A stretch of 64,000 nucleotides of DNA, from NCBI GenBank assembly GCA_036270875.1, contig DATBBR010000070.1, positions 5,002-69,001 of the forward strand. Direction: 5' to 3'. Both the position numbers and the translations under genes were made by a program. Source of the stretch: Acidimicrobiales bacterium (GTDB lineage Bacteria > Actinomycetota > Acidimicrobiia > Acidimicrobiales > AC-9). Positions 52,250 through 62,705 of this stretch are shown here, one piece after another (the first letter of the stretch is position 1; each line of letters opens with the position of its first letter). The notes under the pieces are model-generated. The model was not told the DNA's origin. It worked only from the letters and a program-made list of their open reading frames with translations, and did no database searches.

Positions 52250-54097
52250 CTATGGCGAGCTCGACGTGCCGGGGGGCTGACCGGATCCGCAGTACTCGCG
52301 GTAGGCCACGCGCGGATCGGGCGGGATGCGAAGGCTGGTCTGGGAGAACGAGCGGCCGATGTTGCCGAGAAATGTCCCCGGTGTGAGCGGCCGCGAGGAC
52401 GCCTGCAGCAAGCTGCTGATGTTCTTGCACCCGAGGGCGGCGCGGGCCCACGCCACCTCCTCGTCGAAGGCGGGACCGGTGGTCGGTTGGAGCGTGGAGC
52501 CGATGTACTTGCCGGGCGGGAAGTCGACCGGGTCGACGTTCGTGCCGGGCCGGATGAACCGAGCCACGAGCCAGGGGATCGGTATGGGCTTCTCGTGGCC
52601 GGGAATGGGGCCGCGCGACAGGTTGGCGAACCCCGCCGGCCGGCATGTGGGGTCGGTGACGGGGCATCTCGACACGATCGGTTGGAGCTGCAGATGCGAC
52701 GTGAACGGGTCGGCAAGCCCGAGCATGTCGATGGTGTCGACGTTGGGCCCGAAGGCGTAGCTGGCGATGCCGATGCCGAACGAGGCGACCTCGGGGTCCG
52801 GGACTCCGCGAGCGAGCGGGTACGGCAGGCGGCGGCCGTTGTAGTAGAAGCCCTCGCCGGTGAACCAGGAGCGGTACGGGCTACCGGGTTGCCATCCGAA
52901 CTCGTTCACCGTGACGGCGTGTTGGGCGTTCGACCCGAACACGCCGAAGGTGACGCCGGGTGGGCGCAGGGCCAGCCCGCACCACAGGGCCCAGGGCACG
53001 ACCAGGAGGGCGCCGAGGGTCCACCGTCGAAGCGGGACCACGGCGACCGGCGCGCAGAGGGCGAAGATGGACGGCAGCAGCAGCCGGGCGTGCAGGTAGT
53101 CGCCGCCAACCCGCACGATGTAGAGCGCAGCGAGCACTCCACCGAGCACGAAGGCACCGACGACGAGCAGGGCGCGCCGCTCGGCGTGGCGCCGCAGGCT
53201 GCGCACGGCCGGCGCGTACGCCGCGCCGGCCAGGATCACCGCCGGGATCCAGAGCCAGTACGGGCTGAGGCTCGAACGGAAGTACTGCCAGCCGGCTCCC
53301 CACCGCGCCCGACCCGCCTCCTTGGCCAGCGCCACGTTCGGCACGAGGCTGGCGTAGTAGCCCATGCGGAAGATCTCGTAGGCAAGTGGCAACGCGGCCA
53401 GGGCGACCACGAAGCGCACGCGGTCCTTCCAGCTCTCCCGGCGCCAGCCCGCCCCCAACACGACGGCAGCGAAGACCAGCGTGAACAGGACGAGCTCGGG
53501 TCGGATCAGCCAGCTGAGCCCGAGGACAACCGCGCCCCACCACGGGATCGTCCCCCCGTCGCGCGCCCACCGGGCGAGGATCCAGAGCGACGCGCCCTCC
53601 CAGAGGAAGACCAGGCCCATCTCCAACCCGCTGGTGGCGAAGTACCACACCGGCATCAGGGCCAGCAGCACCAGCACGCCGGCGGGAACGAGCAGCTCGC
53701 CCGGACGCCGGTCCCGGACGAGGATGGCGGCACCGGCGATGGCGAGGGCCAGGCCGGCCACGGAGCAGGCGATGCCCAGCGCCACCGCCGTCCACTCCAT
53801 CTGGATCGGCAGGATCACGTGACCGACGACGAGCATGAACAGCCAGATCGGGCTCGTGAACGCCTCGACCCGCTGTCCGCCGTTGAAGACGGGGCCGTTG
53901 CCCGCCATGATCTGCTGCACGACGTGCAGGTTGATGAACCCGTCGTCCTCCATCCACCGGTGGCCCCAGGCCTGGACGCCGAGGATCACCACCGGGGCGG
54001 CAAGTAACGCCCACTGCACCCACGGGCGCAGGCCCAGCAGCCGTCGGCTGCGCCCCGCCGGCGCCGGTGCCGGAGCAGCGTCGACGGTGGACGTCAC
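52250..54097 (-). CDS. GT-C-fold membrane glycosyltransferase (arabinofuranosyl/mannosyl-transferase-like) with a C-terminal Cys-containing soluble domain
   Basis: The first-loop acidic motif WMEDDGFINLHVVQQI is a DD-type motif typical of GT-C enzymes. About 11 TM helices. GTG 54097 overlaps the upstream GT-C stop (GTGA). Confidence 0.75.
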   Translation of the reverse strand: MTSTVDAAPAPAPAGRSRRLLGLRPWVQWALLAAPVVILGVQAWGHRWMEDDGFINLHVVQQIMAGNGPVFNGGQRVEAFTSPIWLFMLVVGHVILPIQMEWTAVALGIACSVAGLALAIAGAAILVRDRRPGELLVPAGVLVLLALMPVWYFATSGLEMGLVFLWEGASLWILARWARDGGTIPWWGAVVLGLSWLIRPELVLFTLVFAAVVLGAGWRRESWKDRVRFVVALAALPLAYEIFRMGYYASLVPNVALAKEAGRARWGAGWQYFRSSLSPYWLWIPAVILAGAAYAPAVRSLRRHAERRALLVVGAFVLGGVLAALYIVRVGGDYLHARLLLPSIFALCAPVAVVPLRRWTLGALLVVPWALWCGLALRPPGVTFGVFGSNAQHAVTVNEFGWQPGSPYRSWFTGEGFYYNGRRLPYPLARGVPDPEVASFGIGIASYAFGPNVDTIDMLGLADPFTSHLQLQPIVSRCPVTDPTCRPAGFANLSRGPIPGHEKPIPIPWLVARFIRPGTNVDPVDFPPGKYIGSTLQPTTGPAFDEEVAWARAALGCKNISSLLQASSRPLTPGTFLGNIGRSFSQTSLRIPPDPRVAYREYCGSGQPPGTSSSP

Positions 54098-55875
54098 CGG
54101 CGTTGCCCCGTGTCCGCGGGCCGGCCTGCCGGGCCGGCCGGAGGCGGCGGCCACACGATCTCGGCCACGTCGTACGGGGGCGAGGCGCCGACGGCCGGGA
54201 AGGAGGCGACCGTCCGGGTCGTGACTCGGGGGTCGAGCTGTTGGAGGCGGGCGCGGACGCCCTTGATGGCGAGCGACTCGTCCACCAGGAAGGTGATGTG
54301 GCGCCGCTGGATGTACCGGGCGAGACCGGGGCCGTCGTTGTGGAGCGCCGCGGTGGCGGGGTTCACGACCCCGTCGAGGTTGACGACGGTGACCCCCTTC
54401 CCCGCGAAGTAGCTGATGGCACCGCTGTTCCAGCCACCGACGACGCTGCCCGGCGGCGGCACGAGCATCGCCTGACTGGTCACCTGGCGGTACCCGGTGG
54501 CGGCGTCGTAGAAGTGGGCGCTTCCCAGCGGGACCTGGGGCACGGCGCGCACGGTCAGGTCGTGGGCGTCGGCCTGGCCGGCGCCGACAACCGGGACGGC
54601 GAGAAGCGCAGCGAGGCCGACCAATGCAGGCGGTCGCCAGCGCGCCGCGCTGGAGGCCACCCGGCCCACGACCGCGGCGACGATCACCACGGCGACGAGT
54701 GCCACCGGCGCCAGGTACCGCGTGAAGTAGAACGTCACGCCGAACCAGGCATAGAAGACCAGCAGACCGGCGGCGAAGGCGGGAAGGCTGGCGGCGACCG
54801 CCCACGCGCCCGGCCCCGAGAGCGTCACCGAGGGGTCAACGACGGAATGCTGCCTCCGGCGGCGCACCCACAGCGCGGCGACAGCCAGCAGGACCACGAC
54901 GAACAGCCAGAACACCAGCGACCCGACCGTCGTGTGGCCGATCAGTCGCAGCCGCAGCCAGTCCCAGGGCTGAAACGGTCCACCGCTGACGGCGCCAGCG
55001 GCGAGGGACATCGTGATGGCCGAGAAGGACTTGAACGGCAGCAGTTGGTGGGCAGCCGACCCGCTTGTCGGAAGCGGGGTGCCGAAGGTCAGCGTGCACC
55101 ACACCCACCACGGGGCGAGCACCACCGCGCCGGCGATCGTCGCCGGCAGGAGCGGACGCCGAGGTCCGCGCCAGAGCTGGATCGCGACGAGCAGGGCGAT
55201 CAGCAACAGGCCGTCCGTGCGAGCCAGCACGGTCAGACCGGCGACGGCACCCACCACGGCCCATCGCAGCGCGGTGTGGCGGTCGTTCGCCCAGATCCAC
55301 AGCGCGACGAGGCTGACCTCGCAGAAGATCGCCAGCGACGTCTCGAGACCACCAAGCGACATGGACACACCCACCGGGGAGAGCGCCCACAGGCCGGCTG
55401 CGGCCACGGCGGCCACCCTGCCGGCCAGTCGGTACGCGACCCACGCCAGCACCAGGATGGTCGCGGCGTCGACCACCACGAGCAGGGCGAGGTCGGCGCG
55501 CAGGCCGGCATCGGCGCTGTTGGTGATCCAGAAGACCGGTGTGAGCAGAAAGCCCAGCAGCGGTTGGAACCCGCTGGTGAGGGTGCTGCCGTCGACGGTC
55601 GGACCGTGGCCGTGGGCCATCGAGCGGGCGATGGTCAGCGTGTAATACGTGTCGTCGGGGATGAAGAGGCGGTCGACGACCTCGAGCGGCCGCAGCAGCA
55701 CCGCCACACGCAGGCCGAGACCCGCCAGGGTCAACCCGGCCACGGCGAGCACCGCCGGGCTCGGCATCGCCACACGGCGGCGACGACGGTCCTCCGCCGT
55801 TGCCGGTGACGTCGCTCGGGCCGGACCTCCTCCGGGCGTGCCCACGAGCGAGCTACCCGCCTCTCGGGTGGTCAT
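54094..55875 (-). CDS. GT-C-fold membrane glycosyltransferase (PMT_2-like) with a C-terminal soluble domain
   Basis: First-loop motif FIPDDTYYTLTIARSMAHGHG, about 12 TM helices, and a soluble tail of about 150 aa. Confidence 0.8.
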   Translation of the reverse strand: MTTREAGSSLVGTPGGGPARATSPATAEDRRRRRVAMPSPAVLAVAGLTLAGLGLRVAVLLRPLEVVDRLFIPDDTYYTLTIARSMAHGHGPTVDGSTLTSGFQPLLGFLLTPVFWITNSADAGLRADLALLVVVDAATILVLAWVAYRLAGRVAAVAAAGLWALSPVGVSMSLGGLETSLAIFCEVSLVALWIWANDRHTALRWAVVGAVAGLTVLARTDGLLLIALLVAIQLWRGPRRPLLPATIAGAVVLAPWWVWCTLTFGTPLPTSGSAAHQLLPFKSFSAITMSLAAGAVSGGPFQPWDWLRLRLIGHTTVGSLVFWLFVVVLLAVAALWVRRRRQHSVVDPSVTLSGPGAWAVAASLPAFAAGLLVFYAWFGVTFYFTRYLAPVALVAVVIVAAVVGRVASSAARWRPPALVGLAALLAVPVVGAGQADAHDLTVRAVPQVPLGSAHFYDAATGYRQVTSQAMLVPPPGSVVGGWNSGAISYFAGKGVTVVNLDGVVNPATAALHNDGPGLARYIQRRHITFLVDESLAIKGVRARLQQLDPRVTTRTVASFPAVGASPPYDVAEIVWPPPPAGPAGRPADTGQRR

Positions 55876-55921
55876 CGGGGCCCGACCCTAGCCTCCGGCC
55901 CCTCGCATGAAGTGCCCGCCG

Positions 55922-58618
55922 TCAGGGGTGATCATCGGGGCAGGCTCCAGGCGGATCGTTGTAGGTGTGGTTCTTCGTCCAGGAGCCCGCCCACCAACCG
56001 TCGGCTGCAGGCGGCAGCTGCAGCACCGGCGTCAGCTGGGCGAGCACCGCCTGGCCGAGGCGAGCGGCTCCCGTCGGGCACACGTGGAAGTTGTCGACCT
56101 TGCGGGCCCGCGACAACGCGCCTCCCGGCGCCGGCAGCCAGGCCGAGTACTGGCCGTTGAGCTCGAGTGAGCTGGCCGTCGGCAGGTAGAGGTAATGGCC
56201 CGGCCAGAGGGGCGCCACGGAAGCCATGACCGAGTTCCACGCCTGCGCGCCCGTCGCCGCGTCCGCCAGCGACCTGGCCTGCGCAGCGGGGTCGGTGGCC
56301 GACGTGGTGGGCCGGGAGCGAGGAAACTCCATCATTGCCACGCCATCGACCCCTGTCCCGGGGGCCAGCAGCAGGCCGACGGCCTGGTCGACAAGGCGGC
56401 CGTAGCCAACGGGGTCGAGGTGTGCGGGCCAGCCGTCCCAGCTCCACATGCCGAGCACGAGCTCGGGCCGATACTGCTGGATGAAGCGGGGCCAGTCCGT
56501 CTTCCACCCGGTCGTCATGTCGAGGCCCCAGTACTTCTTGGCGTCGTTGTCGACGACCTGGACCACTCCGGTGGCCTGCAGGGCGGCGATGATGCCCGGC
56601 GCCGAGTCCTGCATGACGCTGTCGCCGACGATCAGCACCCGCAGCGGGTCGGTCGGCGACAGGACCCGGCCGGGCGGAAGCTTGAGCGTCGGATTGCCGA
56701 TCATGGCCAGCTCGGTGTCGAGGCCGTCGGCGAACCGGTCCGTCGCCGGCGGGGTGAGATGAACACCGTCGCTCAGGTCGCCGGGCACCACCTGAGATGC
56801 CAGGTCGTAGAGCGTCACGTCGGAGTGGCTGGCGGCAAAGGTTCGGTACGCGGCGTTCAGGGCACCCACCCGGGCCGGGTCGGCGAACGACGCGCCCGGG
56901 CGCGAACGGGTGGGGACGAATGGGTACTGCGGCATCGTCGCCATGACCACCCGGGTGCCACCTGAGCTGAGGAGCGACACCATCTGGCCGAGCTGGTCCT
57001 GGTAGTACGCCTGCCACTCCGGGGAGCCGACGCGCAGCCAGCGGCGGCCGACGAGATGGTCAGCGGTGTCCCCCGCGCCGAAGAGCACGAAGGCGACCTT
57101 GGGTTGCCATTGCGCCACCTGCTGGGTCCAGCGCGTGCGCCACTGGCAGCCCGGGTCGGGCCGCTCCTGCTGCACGGGGCCATAGGTGTTCTGCGCCGTG
57201 AAACCGTCGACGATCGTGCACCCGGTCCCGGCGGCGTCGTGCACCGCCAAGCCGTGATAGATCTCCTTCGACGTCATGTCGGCGGCAAGGGCCGAGGCCG
57301 TGCCGTCGCCCACGACAAGGGCGGACGTGGCGCCGGCCACCGCCGCGGGCGACGCCGGAGGCGGGCTGACCGGCGGAGGAGCCGCGGCCGCCACGGTGGT
57401 GGGCGCGACGGTGGCGACGACGAGGCCGCCTGCCGTGGCGGCCACTGCGGTGGGGACCGCCAACCAGGCCCGCCACCCCTTGAACCTCGCCCTGCGGATC
57501 GGCCGCTCTACCAGGAAGTAGCTGGTGGTCGCCAGGGCGAGCATGGTCGCCACCTGGGCTCCCCGCAGGGGCCAGCCCGACAGCCCGACGTTGGCGGCCG
57601 TCATGAGCACGATCACGGGCCAGTGCCACAGGTACAACCCGTAGGAGATCACCCCCACAGCCCGGACGGGTGGGAGCGAGAAGAGCGCGCCGAGCGGTCC
57701 CGAACGGGACTGGGTGATGCTGGCGATCACCACCACCGTGACGATGCCCACCCCGAACAAGCCGCCGTCCCACATCCACCCAGGAGGGCCCGCGGCGCTG
57801 ACACAGAAGTAGACGAGCAGCGCCATGGCCACGAGGCCGGCGCCGTGCAGCACCTTGCGGCCGCTTGCTGACGGCTTCGAACGCCGCGCCATGACCACGG
57901 CGAGAGCGGCGCCGATCAGCAGCTCGAAGGCCCGGGTGTCGGTGCCGTAGTAGATGCGGCTCGGATCGGTGCCGGGGTGGAACAGCAGGCCCATCAGCAG
58001 GGCCGAGGCCGCCGCCATCACCAGGATGGCGGCCGTCAGGGCCCGCCGTGATCCACGCGTGACCCGGAGCAGGACCACGAGGATCAGCGGCCAGAGCAGG
58101 TAGAACTGCTCCTCGATGGCGAGGGACCAGGTGTGCTTGAGCGGCGAGGGGGCCGAGAACTGGGCGAAGTACGACTGGTGGCCGAAGATGAGGTGCCAGT
58201 TGGCGCTGTAGAAGAGCGTGGCGAGCGAGTCGGGGCGCAGGCTCGACCGATCCAGACCAGGCCCGCCGAGCCCGGCGTACAGCGCCAGGGCCGCCAGCAT
58301 CAGCAGCAGTGCGGGGAGCAGGCGCCGCGCCCGTCGGGCCCAGAAGGCCCGGAAGGCGATGCCGCCGGTGCGGGCCCGCTCCTCCACCAGCAGGCCGGTG
58401 ATGAGGAACCCGGAGAGGACGAAGAAGACGTCCACGCCCAGGTAGCCGCCGCCAGCTCTGGTGAGATTGAGGTGGTAGGCGATGACCGCTGTCACGGCGA
58501 ACGCCCGCAGCCCGTCGAGGGCGGGCATGTAGCGCTGGGCGCCGGCCGTCTCCTGCCGCCTGCTGGGCAGAGACTCGGGGCGAGAGATCCTTGCTGACCG
58601 TTCGTAGGTGGTTGCCAT
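55922..58618 (-). CDS. AT3-family (OafA/YrhL-like) membrane acyltransferase fused to two tandem SGNH/GDSL-like domains
   Basis: AT3 motifs: LDGLRAFAVTAVIAYH, GVDVFFVLSGFLIT and SLAIEEQFYLLWP. SGNH-like domain 1 has block I VVGDGTA (Gly in place of the Ser) with block V DGVHL. Domain 2 has IVGDSVM and DNFHV. Confidence 0.9.
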   Translation of the reverse strand: MATTYERSARISRPESLPSRRQETAGAQRYMPALDGLRAFAVTAVIAYHLNLTRAGGGYLGVDVFFVLSGFLITGLLVEERARTGGIAFRAFWARRARRLLPALLLMLAALALYAGLGGPGLDRSSLRPDSLATLFYSANWHLIFGHQSYFAQFSAPSPLKHTWSLAIEEQFYLLWPLILVVLLRVTRGSRRALTAAILVMAAASALLMGLLFHPGTDPSRIYYGTDTRAFELLIGAALAVVMARRSKPSASGRKVLHGAGLVAMALLVYFCVSAAGPPGWMWDGGLFGVGIVTVVVIASITQSRSGPLGALFSLPPVRAVGVISYGLYLWHWPVIVLMTAANVGLSGWPLRGAQVATMLALATTSYFLVERPIRRARFKGWRAWLAVPTAVAATAGGLVVATVAPTTVAAAAPPPVSPPPASPAAVAGATSALVVGDGTASALAADMTSKEIYHGLAVHDAAGTGCTIVDGFTAQNTYGPVQQERPDPGCQWRTRWTQQVAQWQPKVAFVLFGAGDTADHLVGRRWLRVGSPEWQAYYQDQLGQMVSLLSSGGTRVVMATMPQYPFVPTRSRPGASFADPARVGALNAAYRTFAASHSDVTLYDLASQVVPGDLSDGVHLTPPATDRFADGLDTELAMIGNPTLKLPPGRVLSPTDPLRVLIVGDSVMQDSAPGIIAALQATGVVQVVDNDAKKYWGLDMTTGWKTDWPRFIQQYRPELVLGMWSWDGWPAHLDPVGYGRLVDQAVGLLLAPGTGVDGVAMMEFPRSRPTTSATDPAAQARSLADAATGAQAWNSVMASVAPLWPGHYLYLPTASSLELNGQYSAWLPAPGGALSRARKVDNFHVCPTGAARLGQAVLAQLTPVLQLPPAADGWWAGSWTKNHTYNDPPGACPDDHP

Positions 58619-58791
58619 GCTCTGCTGCGGGGCCCCTCAGGCTCTCGACGGACGGGTCACTCGAGCCGCTGACATCTCCTCAGCCGACAACGGTTGACAC
58701 CCCCCTCGTTGCCCGAAACGAGGCGGCACAAGGTCGGACGGCCGCGCTCTCGGTCGCCGACAGTGTACGGGCCGGCCTGGACCTTCGAAGG

Positions 58792-59709
58792 TCAACCCCG
58801 AGGCGGGCCAGGGCGGGGCGCGTGAGGGCGGCGAGGGCTCCCATCCACCCCCGCCGGGGCGTCGACGGACGCGCTGCCGTCGGTCCGCCGGCGATCGAGG
58901 TCGATGGGGGCACCCCCGACCCCGCCATCCGGCGCGTTGCGCCGTCCCATCACCGCCGTCGGCCGCGAAGCCGTCCCGGCCCGAGACCCGCCGATGGTGG
59001 CCCAGACCGGCGAGTACCGCGCGATGCAGTAGAGGGCCTTGAAACCGTCCCGCCAGCCGATCTTCTTGCCCTGGGCGTACGTCCTCCCTGAGTACGACAC
59101 ACCCACCTCGTAGATACGCCAATCGCCCCCGGCCACCTTGGCCGTGATCTCCGCCTCGAACCCGAAGCGGTCCTCACGCAGCTCCAGCCCGTCGAGAACC
59201 TCTCGGCGGAAGGCCTTGTAGCAGGTCTCCATGTCGGTGAGGTTCAGATTGGTCGACATGTTGGACAGCGTGGTCAGCAGCCGGTTGCCGACGCTGTGCC
59301 AGAAGTACAGGACCCGATGGGGTTTGGCCGTGTGGAACCGGGAGCCGTACACCACGTCGGCCTTGCCTTCGAGGAGGGGCGCCAGCAAGGCTCCGTACTC
59401 GTCGGGGTCGTACTCGAGATCGGCGTCCTGGACGATGACGAACGGGCCGCCGGCCAGGGCGAAGCCACGGCGGAGCGCAGCACCCTTGCCCCGGTTGACC
59501 GGCTGCTCGACGATCACGACCCTCGGGTCCGCGACGGTGCGCAGCACCTCCAGGGTGCTGTCGGTCGAGCCGTCGTCCACGGCGATGAGCTCCTTGGTGT
59601 ACGGAGAGGCGAGCACTCGCTGCACGACCCGAGCCGCGGTCGCCTCCTCGTTGAAGCAGGCCATGACCACCGATAGGCACGCCTGCTCGTGCGTTGCTGC
59701 TGCGCTCAC
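58792..59709 (-). CDS. family-2 glycosyltransferase, polyprenyl-phosphate-sugar synthase-like (DPM1/ArnC/GtrB type)
   Basis: [16 protein letters not shown] ... [10 protein letters not shown] ... [11 protein letters not shown] ... [10 protein letters not shown] ... [12 protein letters not shown] 59709 overlaps the upstream GT-C stop (GTGA). This is only the last 305 aa of the 744-aa track ORF. Confidence 0.9.
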   Translation of the reverse strand: MSAAATHEQACLSVVMACFNEEATAARVVQRVLASPYTKELIAVDDGSTDSTLEVLRTVADPRVVIVEQPVNRGKGAALRRGFALAGGPFVIVQDADLEYDPDEYGALLAPLLEGKADVVYGSRFHTAKPHRVLYFWHSVGNRLLTTLSNMSTNLNLTDMETCYKAFRREVLDGLELREDRFGFEAEITAKVAGGDWRIYEVGVSYSGRTYAQGKKIGWRDGFKALYCIARYSPVWATIGGSRAGTASRPTAVMGRRNAPDGGVGGAPIDLDRRRTDGSASVDAPAGVDGSPRRPHAPRPGPPRG

Positions 59710-61085
59710 GACGAGACCTCCGTCGGGTCCCCGCTGTGGACGGCCGGCTCCAGCGCTCCATCGCCGTCGCCGGCCGGCTCGCTGGCCGTGTCCGCGGCTC
59801 GAGAGGACCGCCGCAGCGACAGTAGGCCATCTGCGCCCACCGCCGCCAAGGCGACGATCGCCACCTCGCCGGGCGCGCGGAACCTCGTGCTCCCGTACGT
59901 GACGACAACACCGATCGTGACGGCCACGACCACGCTGACCAGCGGAAAGACGGGCACTCTGCGCCGGCGTAGGATCACTGCCCCCGCCACGGCGCCGACG
60001 GCCAGCACGTAGTAGCTGAAGAGATGGATCTGGTTCACGGTGAGCTCGTACCCGTCGATCGTGTCGATGTGGGTCTGGCCGAGGGGCTGGTAGAGCGCCC
60101 ACGTCCGACCGATGCGCGCCGCCACGACCACCGGGACCCGACTGAGATGGTGCCGGACGTAGGTTGTGGCGACCTGCCGGTAGTACTGGTCGGCCACCGA
60201 CTCGTCGCCGGGCGGTGGATGGAGGGAGGCCCCGCAGTTGAAGTACCAGGATCCGACGGACGGGCCGTAGTACGTGTTGTCGCAGTTGGCCACGGTCAAC
60301 GTCGGATCGAACTGGCTGGACAGGTACACGGGATGCGTGAAGGTCACCGTGTTGCGGATCAGCCAGGGCGCCATGATGAGCAGGGCGGCCAGCACCGACA
60401 GCCCGGCCAGGCCCAGGCGCCGGCCAACGCTGTGGCCGCGTGCGAGGAGCGCAAGCGGCGCGGCCAGCAGCGGCACGAGGGCGACCAGCTCGGACCTGCT
60501 CAGGGCGGCCAGGCCGCAAGCCAGCCCAACCCCTATGGCCAGCATCGGACCCGGTCGGCTCCAGAAGCGGTAGGCGAGCAGCACGGCGACGGCGACCGCG
60601 AGCATGGCGAGGGGTTCGGCCAGGATCTGGCCGTCGTGGATCCAGAACCCGGGGTAGAGAGCTCCGAGCACGGCGGCGATGATCCCGGCCCGGTCTCCGG
60701 CGACACGCCTGGCTATGAGCGCCACGACGATGATGGTCAGCACACCGATCAGGCAGATGAGCACCTTGTGCGACGTCAAGCTGCTCAGGCCGATCTTGTC
60801 GGCGGCGGCGAGCAGGATCGGGAGGAGCGGAGGATGATCGGCAGCGGCGACGGACTGGTGGCCGTACACGTACTTGAAGGGCTCGATGAAGCCCTTGCCC
60901 GCGGCCAGGAGCGACGCCTGGCGGTTGTAGTAGAAGGCGTCGCCCCACAGCGCGAAATGGGCCTTGACGATGAAGACGTAGCAGAGGCGGAGGGTGAGCC
61001 CGCCCGCGCATGCGACGCTCAACCAAATCCAGAAGGGCCTGGATCGGGCCTGCACGCCGGGCACGCTAGCAGTCGACCCTGTCAC
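59706..61085 (-). CDS. GT-C-fold membrane glycosyltransferase (family 39 / ArnT-like)
   Basis: [20 protein letters not shown] ... [12 protein letters not shown] ... ALIARRVAG is typical of the PMT_2 N-terminal region. About 11 TM helices. Confidence 0.85.
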   Translation of the reverse strand: MTGSTASVPGVQARSRPFWIWLSVACAGGLTLRLCYVFIVKAHFALWGDAFYYNRQASLLAAGKGFIEPFKYVYGHQSVAAADHPPLLPILLAAADKIGLSSLTSHKVLICLIGVLTIIVVALIARRVAGDRAGIIAAVLGALYPGFWIHDGQILAEPLAMLAVAVAVLLAYRFWSRPGPMLAIGVGLACGLAALSRSELVALVPLLAAPLALLARGHSVGRRLGLAGLSVLAALLIMAPWLIRNTVTFTHPVYLSSQFDPTLTVANCDNTYYGPSVGSWYFNCGASLHPPPGDESVADQYYRQVATTYVRHHLSRVPVVVAARIGRTWALYQPLGQTHIDTIDGYELTVNQIHLFSYYVLAVGAVAGAVILRRRRVPVFPLVSVVVAVTIGVVVTYGSTRFRAPGEVAIVALAAVGADGLLSLRRSSRAADTASEPAGDGDGALEPAVHSGDPTEVSS

Positions 61086-61120
61086 GGCAGTCGACCGTTG
61101 GTCCCGGTCGGCTCGTTAGC

Positions 61121-62653
61121 ATGACCAGGATGGCGTCCCAAACCGGCGGGTCTGGCGGGCCCGCCGCAACCGGCTGGCGCGGGGGTCCCGGCTCGCCACC
61201 TACCGCGGCGGCCACGGGGCCGGTGGGCGACGCCGACCTCGCTCCGGCCGGAGCCCAGGCCGGTCAGATGATGGGTGCCCTCCGCCGGGCGGGCCCGCTC
61301 GCCTTCGCGGGCGTGGCCGCCAACGCCGCCAACGTCATCGTCACCGTCACCATCGCCCACCTGCTCAGCTCCCGCGACTACGGGTCGCTCGGGCAGCTGC
61401 TGGTGCTGTTCCTCCTGCTCTCGATGCCGGGGTCGGCCCTGCTCGTGGCGGTCGTGCGCCGGGTCACGGCCTGGTCGATGGCGGGTCAGGCCGATCGGAT
61501 CAAGCCCTGGGCCTCGAAGGTGCGGCGGTGGGGCCTGGTCGGCCTGGCGCTCCTCGCCGTGGTGGCCTGGCTGAGCCGTTCCTGGCTGGCCAGCGTGCTC
61601 TCGCTGCCGAGCGCCGACGGGGTGGCCGAGTTCCTGATCGCCGGCGGGGCCTGGGGCCTCCTCTCGTTCGAACGGGGCCTGATCCAGGCCGATCGCAACT
61701 ACACGGGGCTGGCCTGGAACCTGTGCGTCGAGGCGGGTGTCCGCACCTCTCTCACCGTGGTCCTCATCGCGGCCGGTCTCGGCGTCGAGGGCGCCGGGCT
61801 GGCCCTCATGGCAGCCATGGCCGCGGCCATCGGGCATGCCCGCTGGGCCGAGGTGCGCGCTCGGCCGCTACGCCAGCCGGCAGCGGCCGACCCGACCGAG
61901 CCGGAGGCCGATGCCGGCCCACCGGTACTGCCGGCGGAGGCGGAGGCCAGCCCGGGAGGCTGGCCCAACGGAGACCATCAGGTGCAACCGGCCACCCCGG
62001 TCCCGACGGTCCACGATGCCGGGGTCAGGGGCCGGCACCTCGCCATGGACCTCGTCGCCGCCCTCCTGGCCCTCTTCTTCCTGGCCTGCCTCCAGGGCCT
62101 CGACGTCGAGATCGTGGGCCGGGACGCGCCGGGCTCGGTCGGCTCGTACAACGCCATCTCCGTCGCGTCCAAGGCCGTGGTCTTCCTGGCCATCGTCCTG
62201 AGCGGCTACCTGCTGCCCGAGGCAGTCGTGCGATGGCGACGAGGGGGCCACGCCCTGCGCCAGCTGGGCGTGGCGCTGGCCCTGGTGGCCGCGCCCGTCG
62301 TCGTCCTCGTGATCCTGGCCGCAGCAGCCCCCGACGAGATGCTGCGCATCCTGTTCGGGCCGGACAAGGTGGGAGCGGCTCCCGCCTTCGCCACCCTGGC
62401 CCTGGCCATGGGCTGCCTCGCGGCCAGCACGCTGTTCACCTACTACCTCCTTGGAACCGGACGCCGGTGGGTCCTCGGCGTGCTGGCCGTGGCGACCATC
62501 CTCTCGGTGCTCCTCGTGAACGCCGCTCACGGCCACGCCGTGTCGACCGCCCGGGCCGAGCTGGCCTGCCAGGGCGTTCTGGCCCTCGTCCTGGGCGCGG
62601 TGGTGGTGTCGGCTCCCCGGCGCATCCGATCCAGTAGCCTGATCCGCCCGTGA
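61121..62653 (+). CDS. polysaccharide/oligosaccharide flippase (MOP/Wzx-like) family membrane protein
   Basis: About 12-14 TM helices. The early region FAGVAANAANVIVTVTIAHLLSSRDYGSLGQL is typical of Wzx/MurJ-superfamily N-termini. It is divergent from the GT-C gene, with only a 35-nt spacer. Confidence 0.75.
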   Translation: MTRMASQTGGSGGPAATGWRGGPGSPPTAAATGPVGDADLAPAGAQAGQMMGALRRAGPLAFAGVAANAANVIVTVTIAHLLSSRDYGSLGQLLVLFLLLSMPGSALLVAVVRRVTAWSMAGQADRIKPWASKVRRWGLVGLALLAVVAWLSRSWLASVLSLPSADGVAEFLIAGGAWGLLSFERGLIQADRNYTGLAWNLCVEAGVRTSLTVVLIAAGLGVEGAGLALMAAMAAAIGHARWAEVRARPLRQPAAADPTEPEADAGPPVLPAEAEASPGGWPNGDHQVQPATPVPTVHDAGVRGRHLAMDLVAALLALFFLACLQGLDVEIVGRDAPGSVGSYNAISVASKAVVFLAIVLSGYLLPEAVVRWRRGGHALRQLGVALALVAAPVVVLVILAAAAPDEMLRILFGPDKVGAAPAFATLALAMGCLAASTLFTYYLLGTGRRWVLGVLAVATILSVLLVNAAHGHAVSTARAELACQGVLALVLGAVVVSAPRRIRSSSLIRP

Positions 62654-62705
62654 CACGGCGGCCCGGCCGCGGGCGCAGCCCGGTCGCGAGACGTTGACGA
62701 GGAGC

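Noticed and set aside
51413-54007. 864-aa plus-strand ORF. The same applies to the similar long ORFs 54067-55809 (+), 43638-45455 (-), 45211-46866 (-), 46631-48109 (-), 62436-63959 (-), 31098-32639 (-) and 5079-7058 (+).
   Set aside because: All are mirror frames of genes with strong family motifs on the other strand. Their translations are highly charged, low-complexity (Arg/Gly/Asp/Glu/His/Pro) and lack motifs.
58792-61026. 744-aa minus-strand ORF suggesting a fused GT-C/GT2 protein.
   Set aside because: Only the C-terminal 305 aa (from GTG 59709) is the GT2. The upstream 439 codons are an out-of-frame Arg/Pro-rich reading of the GT-C gene, whose true frame is 59706-61085.
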